IMG/VR virus record: IMGVR_UViG_3300033074_000450
Location: 64,001 to 118,948 of that record
Strand: one strand, 5' to 3'
DNA length: 54,948 nt
Source of the DNA: a virus
Taxonomy: Duplodnaviria > Heunggongvirae > Uroviricota > Caudoviricetes
Positions 45,101-54,851 of the stretch are shown piece by piece; the first letter of the stretch is position 1, and the number at the start of each line of letters is the position of its first letter. The notes beneath the pieces are model-generated. The model did no database searches, was not told the origin of the DNA, and saw only the letters and a list, made by a program, of their open reading frames with translations. Position numbers and translations under genes: made by a program.

Positions 45101-45537
45101 CCAATGATAAACTTAATTTCGACACTGATGTTTACAGAGGTCTACAGGCTTATAACTTTTATACTGGATTACTTGCCCTTGCCCACAAAACTATCTATGG
45201 AGATGACCAAGACTTGGTTTCTTTCCCTGGAGTTGGAGCGGCTGGAATCACTTTCCAAGTCCTGGCTCCTACAGTTAAGGAATTGAGCATCAACATTGAC
45301 GTAACTCTGGATGAGGGTGTTTCTTTGGCTTCTCTTGAGAATAGTATCAAATCTGCCATCACTGGTTATGTAAATAACTTGGGAGTTGGAGATGATGTTA
45401 TCATTGAAGAAATCAGAGCGGCTGTTATTCGCATCAACGGTATTCAAGATGTGGTCTTGAATTCTCCTTTAGCTAACATCCCTGCTGCTGATAACGAACT
45501 TATCAGAACTAGAGATGCTTTGATTATCGTAGGTTAA
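42112..45537 (+). CDS. Baseplate J-like wedge protein (gp6-like) with large insertion
   Basis: N-terminal LNDVNAGSVL...ATGEDLD...GLSRRQAIKATG; C-terminal IKSAITGYVNNLGVGDDVII. Confidence 0.88.
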   Translation: MAKLSLKSERQIQTDILTKIIAELGLNDVNAGSVLDIITQAVAQEDFAQYVAMAQIARLVNLDAITGEDLDNKAFEYGLSRRQAIKATGKIDILRPESFVKVSTTFFAGSPAPIIGNTQIDVNDASSLLIGTSGTLILGRGTENEEEVTYAAAPTNFTNFWRFVTSALTKNHAVEETVILKQGNNETILAGTSVRVQSTGTSAEILFRLNDDVILLAGEDRLTDVDVTAIKAGEEGNIPVKAIEGEGAFPSPPFAGARAENNSKFTTGRNRQTDNELRDAIRNHVQSLSRGVKQAILNAIVGLVDSETAKRIVSANVILPQTTAEPVKVYIDDGGGFEPSFDSEGFETVLGNSTGGETRLQLDTKPLVKAQVENNIEEPYNMSGGTKTLIYNIGSESETITFSGGDFQFPDTATAEEIVAAINDKATLIEARTSQSGKQVVISAKRDTNEDIQVTGGTSNSILGFPTDLKSTLFLYIDDELKSKDGETAVLDSGNQSPYNLLAISGGPWTLTVVVDGKTANPQTVTFQVSDFSDATSATVQEIIAVINAQLAGATAIGVNNNTRVRLVSNTELSSSSKIKVNGGTINDVTNGLNFSTVEKVGKDGDYTLNRELGTIELKTPLMANQSVSAASVFTRARLRAGVAELYSPANGETLVISVDGGANQTVTFDATFAGGKTAQDTADFINAQLLGATAIVRQVGGQNFLEINTNTYDELSGSLEIKGTSTANGSFGFTLDVEVVNQRPHKATQLSQSSGPYGFAEADSLVVILDNDIVNSTFSITMDYDAAVSSGTSTTVFAASTLMNIFQSDDELVGFYAAFTNGPNTTTGNIATVSDQTGDTWRLEFSALPTGLASYAAGDLVKITGLDSSSNNGFFIITAVNTTGNGWIEITNESGIAATLQSGTALLSQRRAITDYVALTGQITVGSAFSATPVVGNNCIVLPSTVQNLVDFINNTKITSFSLKGIVEGADNNTKLQLSSKLNGSDGYIQVSGGKANDKLNFDTDVYRGLQAYNFYTGLLALAHKTIYGDDQDLVSFPGVGAAGITFQVLAPTVKELSINIDVTLDEGVSLASLENSIKSAITGYVNNLGVGDDVIIEEIRAAVIRINGIQDVVLNSPLANIPAADNELIRTRDALIIVG

Positions 45538-45538
45538 T

Positions 45539-46867
45539 ATGAGTGATGAGAAACTAAAAAAGTTTTTAAGAACGATACCTAAAGTATTTAAGCCTGGAAG
45601 CAATCCAGTCATAAATGCTTTGTTACAGGGTTTTGCTGGAGCTGACGATGAAATCAGTACTCAGATTCAAAACACTAAAGCTCAACTGTTCGTTAGAACT
45701 GCTGAAGGTCAGAATCTTGATAAGCTTGCCAACTCTCTTGGAGTTTCTCGTCCAGTCTCTTTAGGTCTCACGGATGCAGAGTATCAGAACTTAATTCCTA
45801 ACTTATCCCTTAAGGCTAAACAGATTCGTAAAACCTTTTATGATACTGCTGAAGTTTTCTGGGGACCGCTGTTTATCTATACTAATGCTCAAACAGCTAA
45901 CTTTGGACCCTTCAACGTGTCTATTGGGGATACTTTTGAAATCTCTGTAGATAATGGAGAATCCCAAAAGATTAAAGCTATCACGGGTGATATCGCTATA
46001 AACGGAGCTGCTACTGCCCAAGAAATAGTCAACATCCTTTCTCGAATTCAAGGAGTAACTGCCACAATTCAGGTGGATGCCTTGACTGGAGATGAAGCCG
46101 TAAACATCAGAACAAATACTCCAGGAGCCTCTGGAGCCTTAGAAATTATAGCCAGTTCAATGGTCGGAGTTTCTAAATTAAATTTCACGGTCAAAAAATA
46201 TGAAGTCATTCAACAACCCCAACGTGTGGTCATCTATGAGATTCGACCAAATGAAGTATTGATTGAGATTCCAGCTATCGTACCAGCTCTGAGACGTACT
46301 CTTAAGGGCTCACATCACTTACATACTGATTCTACTCTCGAAGGCCCAGTTCCTCCATCTAACGGTATCTGGCAAGGCTCGTTCCTTTATGACGCTTCTG
46401 GAACTCAGCAGACTTTTACGGTTAGCAGACAAAAAGCTATTTCTGAAGAGGGTCTGGTCAAAGGGAACGTCTATACCAAAGTAACGGTAGATGATACTGT
46501 AAATATTACAAGCCAGAGCGGTTTTCTGGTATTTGGATGGGGACTTGATAGCGAGGAACAACCTGTTAGATTTAGAGGCGTTCCTAACTCCAAAACGATT
46601 CTATTAGACCCTAGCTATGTGTTTCAAAATGACCAACCCATCGGAACTCCTATAAATGTTATAGCAGAACAAAAACCATATAAGCCTAGACGAGATGGTA
46701 CTGATTTGGCTATTTATTTGACATCTCCTTCCGATGCTCGTGAAGTGGTCCAGAAGATTCTAGCGTCTTTAGCCGCTGCTGGAGTCATTGTAAATTTTGT
46801 AGTGTTAGCTCCAGATTACATCTACCATATCGACAATCCGTACCTCAGTGATGACGATGCTGGTTAA
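45539..46867 (+). CDS. Baseplate wedge protein (gpI/gp7-like)
   Basis: LFVRTAEGQNLDKLA..GV.RP..LTDAEY; ends LAAAGVIVNF. Confidence 0.75.
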   Translation: MSDEKLKKFLRTIPKVFKPGSNPVINALLQGFAGADDEISTQIQNTKAQLFVRTAEGQNLDKLANSLGVSRPVSLGLTDAEYQNLIPNLSLKAKQIRKTFYDTAEVFWGPLFIYTNAQTANFGPFNVSIGDTFEISVDNGESQKIKAITGDIAINGAATAQEIVNILSRIQGVTATIQVDALTGDEAVNIRTNTPGASGALEIIASSMVGVSKLNFTVKKYEVIQQPQRVVIYEIRPNEVLIEIPAIVPALRRTLKGSHHLHTDSTLEGPVPPSNGIWQGSFLYDASGTQQTFTVSRQKAISEEGLVKGNVYTKVTVDDTVNITSQSGFLVFGWGLDSEEQPVRFRGVPNSKTILLDPSYVFQNDQPIGTPINVIAEQKPYKPRRDGTDLAIYLTSPSDAREVVQKILASLAAAGVIVNFVVLAPDYIYHIDNPYLSDDDAG

Positions 46868-46885
46868 AAGATGACCGTCTGAAAA

Positions 46886-46896
46886 ATGATATAATT
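46886..46896 (+). promoter_or_regulatory. Putative late promoter
   Basis: ATGATATAATT. Confidence 0.7.
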
Positions 46897-46916
46897 TTTA
46901 GTAGAGAGAGATTAAG

Positions 46917-49900
46917 ATGATACTATCCAGAGTTAAATTCTATCCCCAAGAACGTATTGACCTTGAAGATTTTACAACGCTTCTTTCAGGTGCTCGTACA
47001 GACTCCAAGCTCTGGACGAAACAATTCCTTTCGGGTGAGAATTACATTTTAAAAGGTTTCACAGTTTCGGGAATCGGACTTCAGTCTGCTTCTATCGAAA
47101 TGGATAATGCTACCCTTATTTTGGGTAACGGTTCTCAAGACTTCTCTTACTTCATTGCTGAAGACTCTCCCACAGATATCACTATTCCTGACGCTGACCT
47201 AGCCGATGGGGTCCGTAACTATGTGGAATTGGAGCTGATTTATCAAGATGGTACTCCAATCGTTAAAGCTTTCTGGGACCCCTCTGCCAACGGTGGATTG
47301 GGAGCAGAATTCAATCAACAAGTAAATACTGTCTCCGACCTCCGTATTCAAGCAGTTGTGGTTCAGGGTGGATTCACTGGACTTCCTAACAGAGTTCCTG
47401 TTGCAATCATTGATACTGATGGTTCTGGTATTATCAAAGTCATCCTTGACCGTAGAAATATGTTTTTCCGTCTTGGAACTCCTGCTAATCCTGCTGAAGG
47501 ATTCACTTGGGCTTCTCAGACTGAACCTCCTTACTCTGTAAATCTTACAGGAGTAGTTGGTACTTTCGTTGCCAATGAAACCGTAACTTTCTCAGGTGGA
47601 GCTACCGCTACAGTTGTAACTGGAGGCGGTTCTAACATCACAATTAAACTTCCATCTAGCTTAAGCTTCGCAAGCGGTAACACTCTTACAGGAGCTTCTT
47701 CTGGAGCTACTGGAACAGTAAATACGATTATTGAAAACTTCACTGGAGCTGATAAAGACATCGACGATGTTCGAGAAGCTCTTGCAGCTCTGATGACTGA
47801 AGTTCGCAGAGTCAAAGGAACTAATTTCTGGCATGAGATTGGAAGCGGTTCTATTTCTGGAATCAATAGCTTTTTAAACTCTGCCATGACTCCGTTCACT
47901 TCTTCTGCACGAATTAAGTGGGATGGTTCGGGTGTTTATATCTTAGATAATGCTCTAACACCTCTTAAAGCAGATGTTATTGCTAAAATTAGAATTTTTA
48001 ATAGAAATAGCCAATTTAATCTTACTCGTCAAGATGATGGTAAAGAGATTCAAACTGTAAATTTCTCAGCAGTCCCAGATAGCGGTACTTTTACTCTTGA
48101 ACAAGATGGAGATATTTCTAACTCGATTAGTTGGAATGCTTCTGCTATCGCAGTTCAGAACGCTTGTAATGCGAACTGGACTAATCAAGTAACTGTAACT
48201 GGTAACTTCTCTGATGGTTTTACATTTACTTTTGATTCCCCAGGTGGACCACAAGTTGAGATTACAGAAGATACCAATACTTTGGTTGACGGTATTACTC
48301 CAGTAACTATTATTGTCGCTACCATTAAAAATGGTTTGGCTGGTATCGCTCCAATTCCTGTAGCTGATGGAGAAGTTCTTTACTTAGAAATTCCTGCTGC
48401 TGGGGACCGTACTTATTCTGATGCTGGAGCAGGTGCTACCAACTATAGAGTAGCTTCTTTCAGTACTTTCGTAAATAATGATTCTAACTACTGGCTTGCT
48501 GTTCGAGAAAGTTCACGCCTTATCGTAAGAGGTCTCGGAGAAGTTGGTATCGGTGAGGAAATTGGACTAGGTAGTTCTGTTCCTCAAAGCTTGCTTGATA
48601 TTATTGGTATCGCAAGTGTTACATCTCCTGCAAACTACTCTTCAAATATTCGTGGTACTCAAGGTGAGTCTCTTGTAAATCGTCTCAGCGTCTTAACTGA
48701 TGCAATGGGAGATACCCAAGAAGACCGTTCAGCTTTCCTTCGTTCAGACGATGTGGTAACTTGGACTGGAACTCAACTTGAGTTTACTCAAGATATTCTT
48801 CTTGAAATCATCAATAGCAAAGCAGGTGGAGTAACTCTTCATACTGTAGATGTTGGGGATTCTCCTCTAGTTTTAGCTGACGGTGAGTCTTTATACGTTA
48901 AAATTGATAGAAGTCAAGCTTCTGAAACTATTACTTTAATCAATAGCGGTGTAACTCCAATCCCTGCTCAAACTCAAGCTGATGAAGACGTATTCATATT
49001 CTTTAAGCGAATTGATGCTTTGGGAGCTGGTTATTTACATATTCCTCTCCACAAGCAGGTTCTTGAGCCTGGTCAAACTGTAAGGCTTGGAGCTTCTGGT
49101 TCCGGTAGCGGTGAGGGTGACTCAATCGCTGGAGACCTTAAACGCAGACTCACTATGAGTCCGTTTGACTTCGTAATGCCTAACATCTTTGCTACAGATA
49201 AAGATGATAAAGTAGCATTGGCATCTACTGGAGAATTCAGTCCAGCTAAGAAAGCTTTTCACTTAGACCCAATCGGTGAGACTTTTGTTTCTACCGAAAT
49301 GCTTGACGCTGATTTCTTAGACCTAGGCATTGATATTACTGAGACTGAACTTTATTTATTCTGGCTTGAAGGCTTTGTTGACCCTCTAGCTACTTACGAA
49401 GTTAGCCGTAATGGTGGAAACGAGTGGCAAGCCGTTACAATGTCTCGTGTTAGCCCTACCTCTAACGCTTTCAGAGGCTATCACACATTCACAGAAGAAG
49501 CTTCAAATCAAGACCTTCAAGGTTATGCAGTAGCTAATGCTGATTCAACTTTAGTTTTAAACGCTACCACTACACAGTCTAGAGCCCAATCATTTGTGGT
49601 TACTGATACTGAGGTAATCAAAGAGGTTGAAGTTTATTTGAATAAGGTTGGAACTCCTACTGGTAAGTGGAAAGTTTCTATCGTAAATGATGATTCTGGA
49701 GCACCTTCATTGAGTCCTCTTGATAATCTTTCTGAGTCTGACCTTAAAAACGTAGCTGACCTTTCTGCTGGTAACAATACTGTTCTAGTAGAAATCCCAC
49801 AAATCGTATTGACTGCTGGTACTTACTGGTTGGTTTTTGAAACTGATGCTGATTATAAAGCTAGTTTCTCTGCTGGAGTTCATGAGCTTAATGTCAGAGG

Positions 49901-52673
49901 TGATACTTCTGCTCCTACCGTTCCTGATTCTCAAACGTATAACGGTACAGTTTGGGCTACAGCCGTTAATACTGCTCTGACTTATCAATTCAAGGGTCGT
50001 GAACATAGCTTACTTGTCCGAGTTACTTCTGGTACTGGAAACGTATATGTTCAGGCTTATGGAGTTTATTACGGTATCGTTCCAGGTGGAACTACTGAAG
50101 ACGGAAGTAAACTCCTTGAAAAGTTCTACTTTACTGGAGACGAGAACCGTACTGAGTTTACTCTTACCTTTTTACCTGACCCAAGCATTCTAAAAGTTTA
50201 TGACGTTTATCGTGGTCAGGTTTATGTAGCTGAAGAAGGAGTTTTCAGAATCAACGGTAACGTAGTTACTTTTGAACCTGATTTCTTCAATGATGCTGGA
50301 GAAGATATCTTACTTCGTTTTGAACAAATCGAAGGAAATGGTTTTGATAACTCTGACCAAAACGCAAACGCTATTGCTTCAATTCAAAGTCAGTTAATTG
50401 ATATCGGAGAAGAAATAGCTTCTATTTCTAATTCGATGATTCTTCCCAAAATTGCAACTCCCTTTACAACTGTATTAAATCGTTCTTTAATGCCAGATTT
50501 AAGTCAGGATTTATTGCCAAGATTTGGAATTCAAAGATTTAATACACATCAATTTTTTCAAATATTTGATGAGCAAGGACCAAATGGAGAATCTGTATTT
50601 GGAATAGCAAATGATAACTTTAATCAAGTTAGAATTATTGGTAGTGTAGACGCTATTACTGGAACAACTGGTTCATATCTAAGAATAGATGCTCCAGTAA
50701 CAAATACTTCTTATATTGAAATTTCATTTTATGGTACTGGTTTAAATATATTAACTACACAACCAGGAGCTTCTCATACAGCAGTTTATTCTGTAGATGC
50801 AGGTGGAGAAAGCTCTAATTTCATGCCATCAATGAATACTATTTTAACTGGTAGAAACTATTCTCCAAACGTAGTGGTTCCTGTTGTTAATAATTTAAGT
50901 TTAGGATTACATACTATTAGAATTAGAAATACTGGAGCCGCTTCATTACATCTTCATGGTTTTGAAATATTAACAGAACAAGCTTCTGGTTTAATTACTC
51001 TTCCACAAGGAAGTCAATATCACAAGGGGAAAAAGAGAACTCACTCTATTTTGGAGAGTTCGTCATATAATTCTGCTTTTGAGACTGGAACTTTAGGAAC
51101 CCGTGGTGGAAGAGTTTTAATATATCAGAAGGCAGATGGCTCTGTAGTAAAATCTGTCACTCCAGCAGATGCTTCTCAACTTAACTTAGCTTCTGCTAAT
51201 CATTCTAATGAGGAGTTAGTTAGAACTCATCATTGGAGAGAATTCGGTGCAGGAAGAGTTGATGATTTTAGTAGATTTCAAACTGGTCCTGGGACTGCTA
51301 GATTCACTTTGGATGATGGCATAACCTCATTGAGTGGTTCAAACGTCACTCAAAATAGTTTGGCTTTAGGAGATGTGTTAGACTGCTCCACTTCTGGATA
51401 TTTTTTCTTTACCTTTATTGGTACTGGTTTAGATTTACTGGTTGGAGGTAGTGGTACTGTATTTGATAATTTTTCTGTTAATATAGACGGTCAAGGTATT
51501 ATTGGCAATATCACTGGTTCTACTATTCCTAAGATTGTTAAAATAGTTTCTGGACTTCCTTATGGAAGTCACACTGTAGTAATTACAAGAACGGCAAACG
51601 TAAATGCTGGATTATCGCTTCATAGTTTTAGAGTGTATGCTCCTAAAAAACCATCAATCCCTTCTGATGCGGTTGAGATAGCAGATTATTGTGTTTTAGG
51701 AAACTATTCTGCCTCTGGAATTTCTACTAGCGGTCTCACCTCAGAAAACACACAAGTTCCGTCTGGGGTTTTAAGAAAATTCGTCTCAGTTAGGGAGGGA
51801 AACTTTGTAGGGTCTAGCTGGACTATTACTGGTTCTATAAACCAACCAACAGGCTATATTACTTATACTGGAAACAATACCGATTATGTGGAATATACTT
51901 TTTTTGGAACTGGATTCGTAACACATCTTAACAGGAGTGGAACCAATAACATAGATTACACCATACATGTTGATGGAGTTTTAAATTCTTCAGGAACAGT
52001 TTTAACTACAAGTTCTGGTTCTAATCTTGGAGGAGGGTCTTATAGAAATATCGCAAGCGGTCCTCAAGACCAAGGTCCTGTAAGAATTCAATTCAGCGGT
52101 TTATCAATGGGTAAACATGTTTTACGAATTACAAAAACTGCTGGAGCAGACAATATGAGTATTCAGGGTATTGATGTAATTACTCCTATTCATATTTTAA
52201 AAGACAACGGTCCATTTATTACACAAAATACTATGTCTATCGGTTCTTGTGGTATAAATGATTTAAGACTATTTAGTAAAAAAGATGTAAAAAATACAGA
52301 TAGGATTAGTCAGGCATCTCCAGTATCTTCATCTCCATCTACAACCAGTACTGCCTATGTCCCAATGGCTGATATGCAGTTACCTATTAAAACTACGGGT
52401 AAACCTATTGAAATTAGTTACAGTGCTTCTTGCTATAATACCAATGCTACGATTGGTTCTATACAGACTGCTATTTATGTTGATGGTTTAATTAGAAGTG
52501 TTACTCAAAGAGGAACTTCTAATGGAACAGGAACTACTGGTATGACTGACAAAATTACTATTCCAGTTTCCTCTGGGTATCATGTTATTCAGATTAAATT
52601 TTTAGCTGAATCAGATACCGCTGTAGCCTATAGTTTAAATAGGTTTTGTTCTGTAAGAGAATTGAAGGATTAA
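46917..52673 (+). CDS. Long tail fibre / receptor-binding protein (1918 aa)
   Basis: Baseplate-anchor N-terminus (RVKFYPQERIDLEDF); Thr/Gly/Ser-rich; three F.GTG...L..G.HT.[VI]I beta-sandwich repeats. Confidence 0.8.
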   Translation: MILSRVKFYPQERIDLEDFTTLLSGARTDSKLWTKQFLSGENYILKGFTVSGIGLQSASIEMDNATLILGNGSQDFSYFIAEDSPTDITIPDADLADGVRNYVELELIYQDGTPIVKAFWDPSANGGLGAEFNQQVNTVSDLRIQAVVVQGGFTGLPNRVPVAIIDTDGSGIIKVILDRRNMFFRLGTPANPAEGFTWASQTEPPYSVNLTGVVGTFVANETVTFSGGATATVVTGGGSNITIKLPSSLSFASGNTLTGASSGATGTVNTIIENFTGADKDIDDVREALAALMTEVRRVKGTNFWHEIGSGSISGINSFLNSAMTPFTSSARIKWDGSGVYILDNALTPLKADVIAKIRIFNRNSQFNLTRQDDGKEIQTVNFSAVPDSGTFTLEQDGDISNSISWNASAIAVQNACNANWTNQVTVTGNFSDGFTFTFDSPGGPQVEITEDTNTLVDGITPVTIIVATIKNGLAGIAPIPVADGEVLYLEIPAAGDRTYSDAGAGATNYRVASFSTFVNNDSNYWLAVRESSRLIVRGLGEVGIGEEIGLGSSVPQSLLDIIGIASVTSPANYSSNIRGTQGESLVNRLSVLTDAMGDTQEDRSAFLRSDDVVTWTGTQLEFTQDILLEIINSKAGGVTLHTVDVGDSPLVLADGESLYVKIDRSQASETITLINSGVTPIPAQTQADEDVFIFFKRIDALGAGYLHIPLHKQVLEPGQTVRLGASGSGSGEGDSIAGDLKRRLTMSPFDFVMPNIFATDKDDKVALASTGEFSPAKKAFHLDPIGETFVSTEMLDADFLDLGIDITETELYLFWLEGFVDPLATYEVSRNGGNEWQAVTMSRVSPTSNAFRGYHTFTEEASNQDLQGYAVANADSTLVLNATTTQSRAQSFVVTDTEVIKEVEVYLNKVGTPTGKWKVSIVNDDSGAPSLSPLDNLSESDLKNVADLSAGNNTVLVEIPQIVLTAGTYWLVFETDADYKASFSAGVHELNVRGDTSAPTVPDSQTYNGTVWATAVNTALTYQFKGREHSLLVRVTSGTGNVYVQAYGVYYGIVPGGTTEDGSKLLEKFYFTGDENRTEFTLTFLPDPSILKVYDVYRGQVYVAEEGVFRINGNVVTFEPDFFNDAGEDILLRFEQIEGNGFDNSDQNANAIASIQSQLIDIGEEIASISNSMILPKIATPFTTVLNRSLMPDLSQDLLPRFGIQRFNTHQFFQIFDEQGPNGESVFGIANDNFNQVRIIGSVDAITGTTGSYLRIDAPVTNTSYIEISFYGTGLNILTTQPGASHTAVYSVDAGGESSNFMPSMNTILTGRNYSPNVVVPVVNNLSLGLHTIRIRNTGAASLHLHGFEILTEQASGLITLPQGSQYHKGKKRTHSILESSSYNSAFETGTLGTRGGRVLIYQKADGSVVKSVTPADASQLNLASANHSNEELVRTHHWREFGAGRVDDFSRFQTGPGTARFTLDDGITSLSGSNVTQNSLALGDVLDCSTSGYFFFTFIGTGLDLLVGGSGTVFDNFSVNIDGQGIIGNITGSTIPKIVKIVSGLPYGSHTVVITRTANVNAGLSLHSFRVYAPKKPSIPSDAVEIADYCVLGNYSASGISTSGLTSENTQVPSGVLRKFVSVREGNFVGSSWTITGSINQPTGYITYTGNNTDYVEYTFFGTGFVTHLNRSGTNNIDYTIHVDGVLNSSGTVLTTSSGSNLGGGSYRNIASGPQDQGPVRIQFSGLSMGKHVLRITKTAGADNMSIQGIDVITPIHILKDNGPFITQNTMSIGSCGINDLRLFSKKDVKNTDRISQASPVSSSPSTTSTAYVPMADMQLPIKTTGKPIEISYSASCYNTNATIGSIQTAIYVDGLIRSVTQRGTSNGTGTTGMTDKITIPVSSGYHVIQIKFLAESDTAVAYSLNRFCSVRELKD

Positions 52674-52674
52674 C

Positions 52675-53496
52675 ATGGCACAAAAACTTCGTGATGATAA
52701 AATTGGAACTCTTCAACATTCTGCTGGAAACATCCAGATGATTGCTTCTTTGTCTAATCCAGCTTACTTGACTATTGGAGGTCAACAGTACAAAGTCACT
52801 TCCACATTAGTTGTGGCTCTTCCAGCTATGACTTCTCTTACTAGATATCAAGTTTATGCTGTTCAATCGGGTGGAGTTGTGAGCTTAGTCATCAGTCAAA
52901 ATGAAAACTCTGTTGGTCCTGCTGGATATACTAGATGGAAGTTAATTGGAAGTTTAATGGCTAACGGTTTAACCTCTGTTAGTTTTGGTAGTTTTATAAA
53001 TATAAAAGGTGCTCCTATGTCCCTTCCTGTAGATTTTACACCTACTGGAACTCATAATAATTGTACTTATACTGGAAAACTAACAAGGAATGGTGCTAAA
53101 GCAGACTTGAATTGTCTACTTTCTTATACTGGAACTCCTACTCTTACAGAGCTTCATGTAAATCTACCTTTTACAGTTAATACTACTGGGTTTGCTAATA
53201 CAAATTTTTCTGGAACAAATGCTCCAAGGGTTGGTTGGGCAGAATTACAGGAAACTTCTTTTGTTTTCGCTGAATTAGCTATGCGGTCCAATACATCTTT
53301 AAGAGTATTCAGAGGAAGTATAAATCCCTCTGCTGCTGTAAGCGTAGCATCGGCTACCTATACTGGTTTCGATGGTACTTATCAAAACAGCAACGGTAGT
53401 ACTTTAACTATGATAAACGGTAGTAGGGTTATATTAAATGTTCCAGGTGGACTTCCTGTTTCTGGTTGGACTACTACTCCGATAGAGGATTTATAA
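52675..53496 (+). CDS. Tail fibre / RBP-like protein
   Basis: Follows the main fibre; C-terminal head-like beta domain shared with 53498..54850. Confidence 0.6.
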   Translation: MAQKLRDDKIGTLQHSAGNIQMIASLSNPAYLTIGGQQYKVTSTLVVALPAMTSLTRYQVYAVQSGGVVSLVISQNENSVGPAGYTRWKLIGSLMANGLTSVSFGSFINIKGAPMSLPVDFTPTGTHNNCTYTGKLTRNGAKADLNCLLSYTGTPTLTELHVNLPFTVNTTGFANTNFSGTNAPRVGWAELQETSFVFAELAMRSNTSLRVFRGSINPSAAVSVASATYTGFDGTYQNSNGSTLTMINGSRVILNVPGGLPVSGWTTTPIEDL

Positions 53497-53497
53497 T

Positions 53498-54850
53498 ATG
53501 TCAGGAATTACAGGTAAAAATACATCTACTGCATTCAGAAAAAAAGACGTAGCTGAGTCTAGACTACTCTCTATCGGCTTTAAGAAAATCCGTTTCATGC
53601 ACAAAGCTGCTGCTGGAGATACTCTTATTCAACTTGCTTCGCTTACGACTCCTACTGAGGCCACAGCTAATGGCTTCGTTCAACCAAGTGTGTCTGATTT
53701 ACTAAAAACAGATATTTATGAATTTCAAGAGAATGTGGAGCTTCGCTCGTCTTTAAGAGGTCCCCTAGACCAGTTTTTGGCATACAGAATCACTGGTCCT
53801 TCTACTATCAAGCTTTTGTTTGAAGCTGAAGAGAATGAAATTTTTACAGGTCTTATTGACCTCTCCGCTCGTACTGGAAATACCCTGGTTGATGCTGAAC
53901 CCCTCGTTTCAACTGGTTCTCTTGCTGCTGGAGACACTGATTATAACGTGGGAACTCCCTTCAAAGTTGGAATGTTTCCTAATGCACAACATGGTGCAGT
54001 AATGGTTTTCTTAGATAACCAGCCAGTTTATAGAAACTCTGGTAACAACCCTCCTGGTCCTGGAGTGGATGGAGAGTACTACGAAGTTCATGCAGGTGGA
54101 GGTCTTGGAACCATTATTCGTTTCAATACTCCTGACCTAGTAAATGACCGTAACGTGAGTGTAATCAGTATAGGTTCATTGGTAGAACGTCCAAATGGAA
54201 GCCAATTAGCTCTTGTGGAAGCTCTACAGGGACAAGTTACTACTCTTAGAGAATATGTTCAAGCTTTAGTTGGAGAAGAAGTTACTGTTCCAGTATCAGC
54301 TCCCACAAATGTTGATTTGAAGGCTTTTGGGGATGACGTATTTACCCTAAAGAAAATTTTAGACTTAGAAGTTCCAATTATGACTGGTTGGCAAGCGAGT
54401 ACGGTTACAACTAACGTAACTACTAATACTGTGATTTCTTCTAAAGTTAGACAAGTTGGAGATTCTCTACATTATAAAGTTTTAATTGATTGGTCTGGAG
54501 CACCTTCGGCTTTTTCTACTTTAGATTTAATTTTGCCAAGTAATATTGATACAACAAAGCTTTTAAGCTCTACTGCTGCTAAAGAAGAACTTCATAGTAG
54601 TGGAACTCATTTTGACCCTGCTGGAGGTACGACTAAATGGGTAGTTAAGGCTTTTTATCAGTCGGAAAATACTGTCAGAGTTAAACATTTAATTCAAGTA
54701 TCTGGAGCTAGTACTATTGTACATATCGTTGATATTTCAAATACAACGCCATTTTCAATTATTAACGGTTCTTTTATGGAAGTAAATTTTATAGTTCCAG
54801 GAGTAGGTTTACAAGCTACTCAAACTGTTAGACAGGCATTAGGATTATAA
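53498..54850 (+). CDS. Tail fibre / RBP-like protein
   Basis: Short coiled coil followed by a head-like domain W...T.T...RQVGDSLHYKV...LP. Confidence 0.6.
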   Translation: MSGITGKNTSTAFRKKDVAESRLLSIGFKKIRFMHKAAAGDTLIQLASLTTPTEATANGFVQPSVSDLLKTDIYEFQENVELRSSLRGPLDQFLAYRITGPSTIKLLFEAEENEIFTGLIDLSARTGNTLVDAEPLVSTGSLAAGDTDYNVGTPFKVGMFPNAQHGAVMVFLDNQPVYRNSGNNPPGPGVDGEYYEVHAGGGLGTIIRFNTPDLVNDRNVSVISIGSLVERPNGSQLALVEALQGQVTTLREYVQALVGEEVTVPVSAPTNVDLKAFGDDVFTLKKILDLEVPIMTGWQASTVTTNVTTNTVISSKVRQVGDSLHYKVLIDWSGAPSAFSTLDLILPSNIDTTKLLSSTAAKEELHSSGTHFDPAGGTTKWVVKAFYQSENTVRVKHLIQVSGASTIVHIVDISNTTPFSIINGSFMEVNFIVPGVGLQATQTVRQALGL

Positions 54851-54851
54851 T

